A stretch of 64,000 nt of DNA, from contig JAMFSS010000002.1 of the NCBI GenBank assembly GCA_026225415.1, positions 25,915 to 89,914 on the forward strand, in the 5' to 3' direction. Position 1 is the stretch's first letter. Each line of letters starts with the position of its first letter. The stretch comes from Alphaproteobacteria bacterium. Lineage in GTDB: Bacteria; Pseudomonadota; Alphaproteobacteria; UBA9219. Both the position numbers and the translations under genes were made by a program. The notes under the pieces are model-generated. The model did not search any database. It saw only the letters and a list, made by a program, of their open reading frames with translations, and had not been told where the DNA came from. Positions 63,218 to 64,000 of this stretch are shown piece after piece.

Positions 63218-64000
<783 letters not shown>

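Overview
The window is a compact, gene-dense chromosomal region with roughly 55-58% GC by eye. It most likely comes from an alphaproteobacterium. The main evidence is a clear PopZ polar-organizer homolog, TrmFO, a lipid A biosynthesis N-terminal domain (LAB_N)/ArnT-like transferase/PAP2 phosphatase lipid-A remodelling operon, and a TGTTATAATATAACA Zur-type box.

Most genes are housekeeping: nrdAB, tyrS, anmK, tatD, trmFO, rlmB, xerC/D-type recombinase, transaldolase, priA, znuCB, smpB, slt, pcm, xth, erpA, dgt, ppdK, an alpha2-type glyRS, rpoB, rpoC, epmA, uvrD, a GGDEF protein and ligA, plus tRNA-Tyr and tRNA-Cys.

Items worth a second look:
- A family of at least five roughly 65-90 bp intergenic hairpin repeats whose stems show compensatory base changes. 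They behave like bidirectional terminators; two flank popZ.
- An accessory-looking locus at 28.3-34.2 kb: an XRE regulator, an orphan small secreted protein, a Ser/Asn-rich protein built from 12-aa tandem repeats, and a 1057-aa membrane protein with an N-terminal L,D-transpeptidase-like domain.
- Two lower-GC small ORFs inserted between nrdA and nrdB.
- A CX5R tyrosine-phosphatase-like gene with a small partner ORF.
- A Zur box shared by znuCB and the divergent lipid-A modification operon.
- A 1-nt frameshift that splits rpoC at a 3-nt homopolymer.
- rpoBC outside its usual rplJL / rpsL-fusA context, next to a Tat-exported Tyr/Asn-rich protein.
- A consensus sigma70 promoter with a roughly 300-nt leader or candidate sRNA downstream of tRNA-Cys.

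No CRISPR array, transposase or prophage was seen. All calls rest on reading the supplied translations and sequence by eye; no database search was possible.
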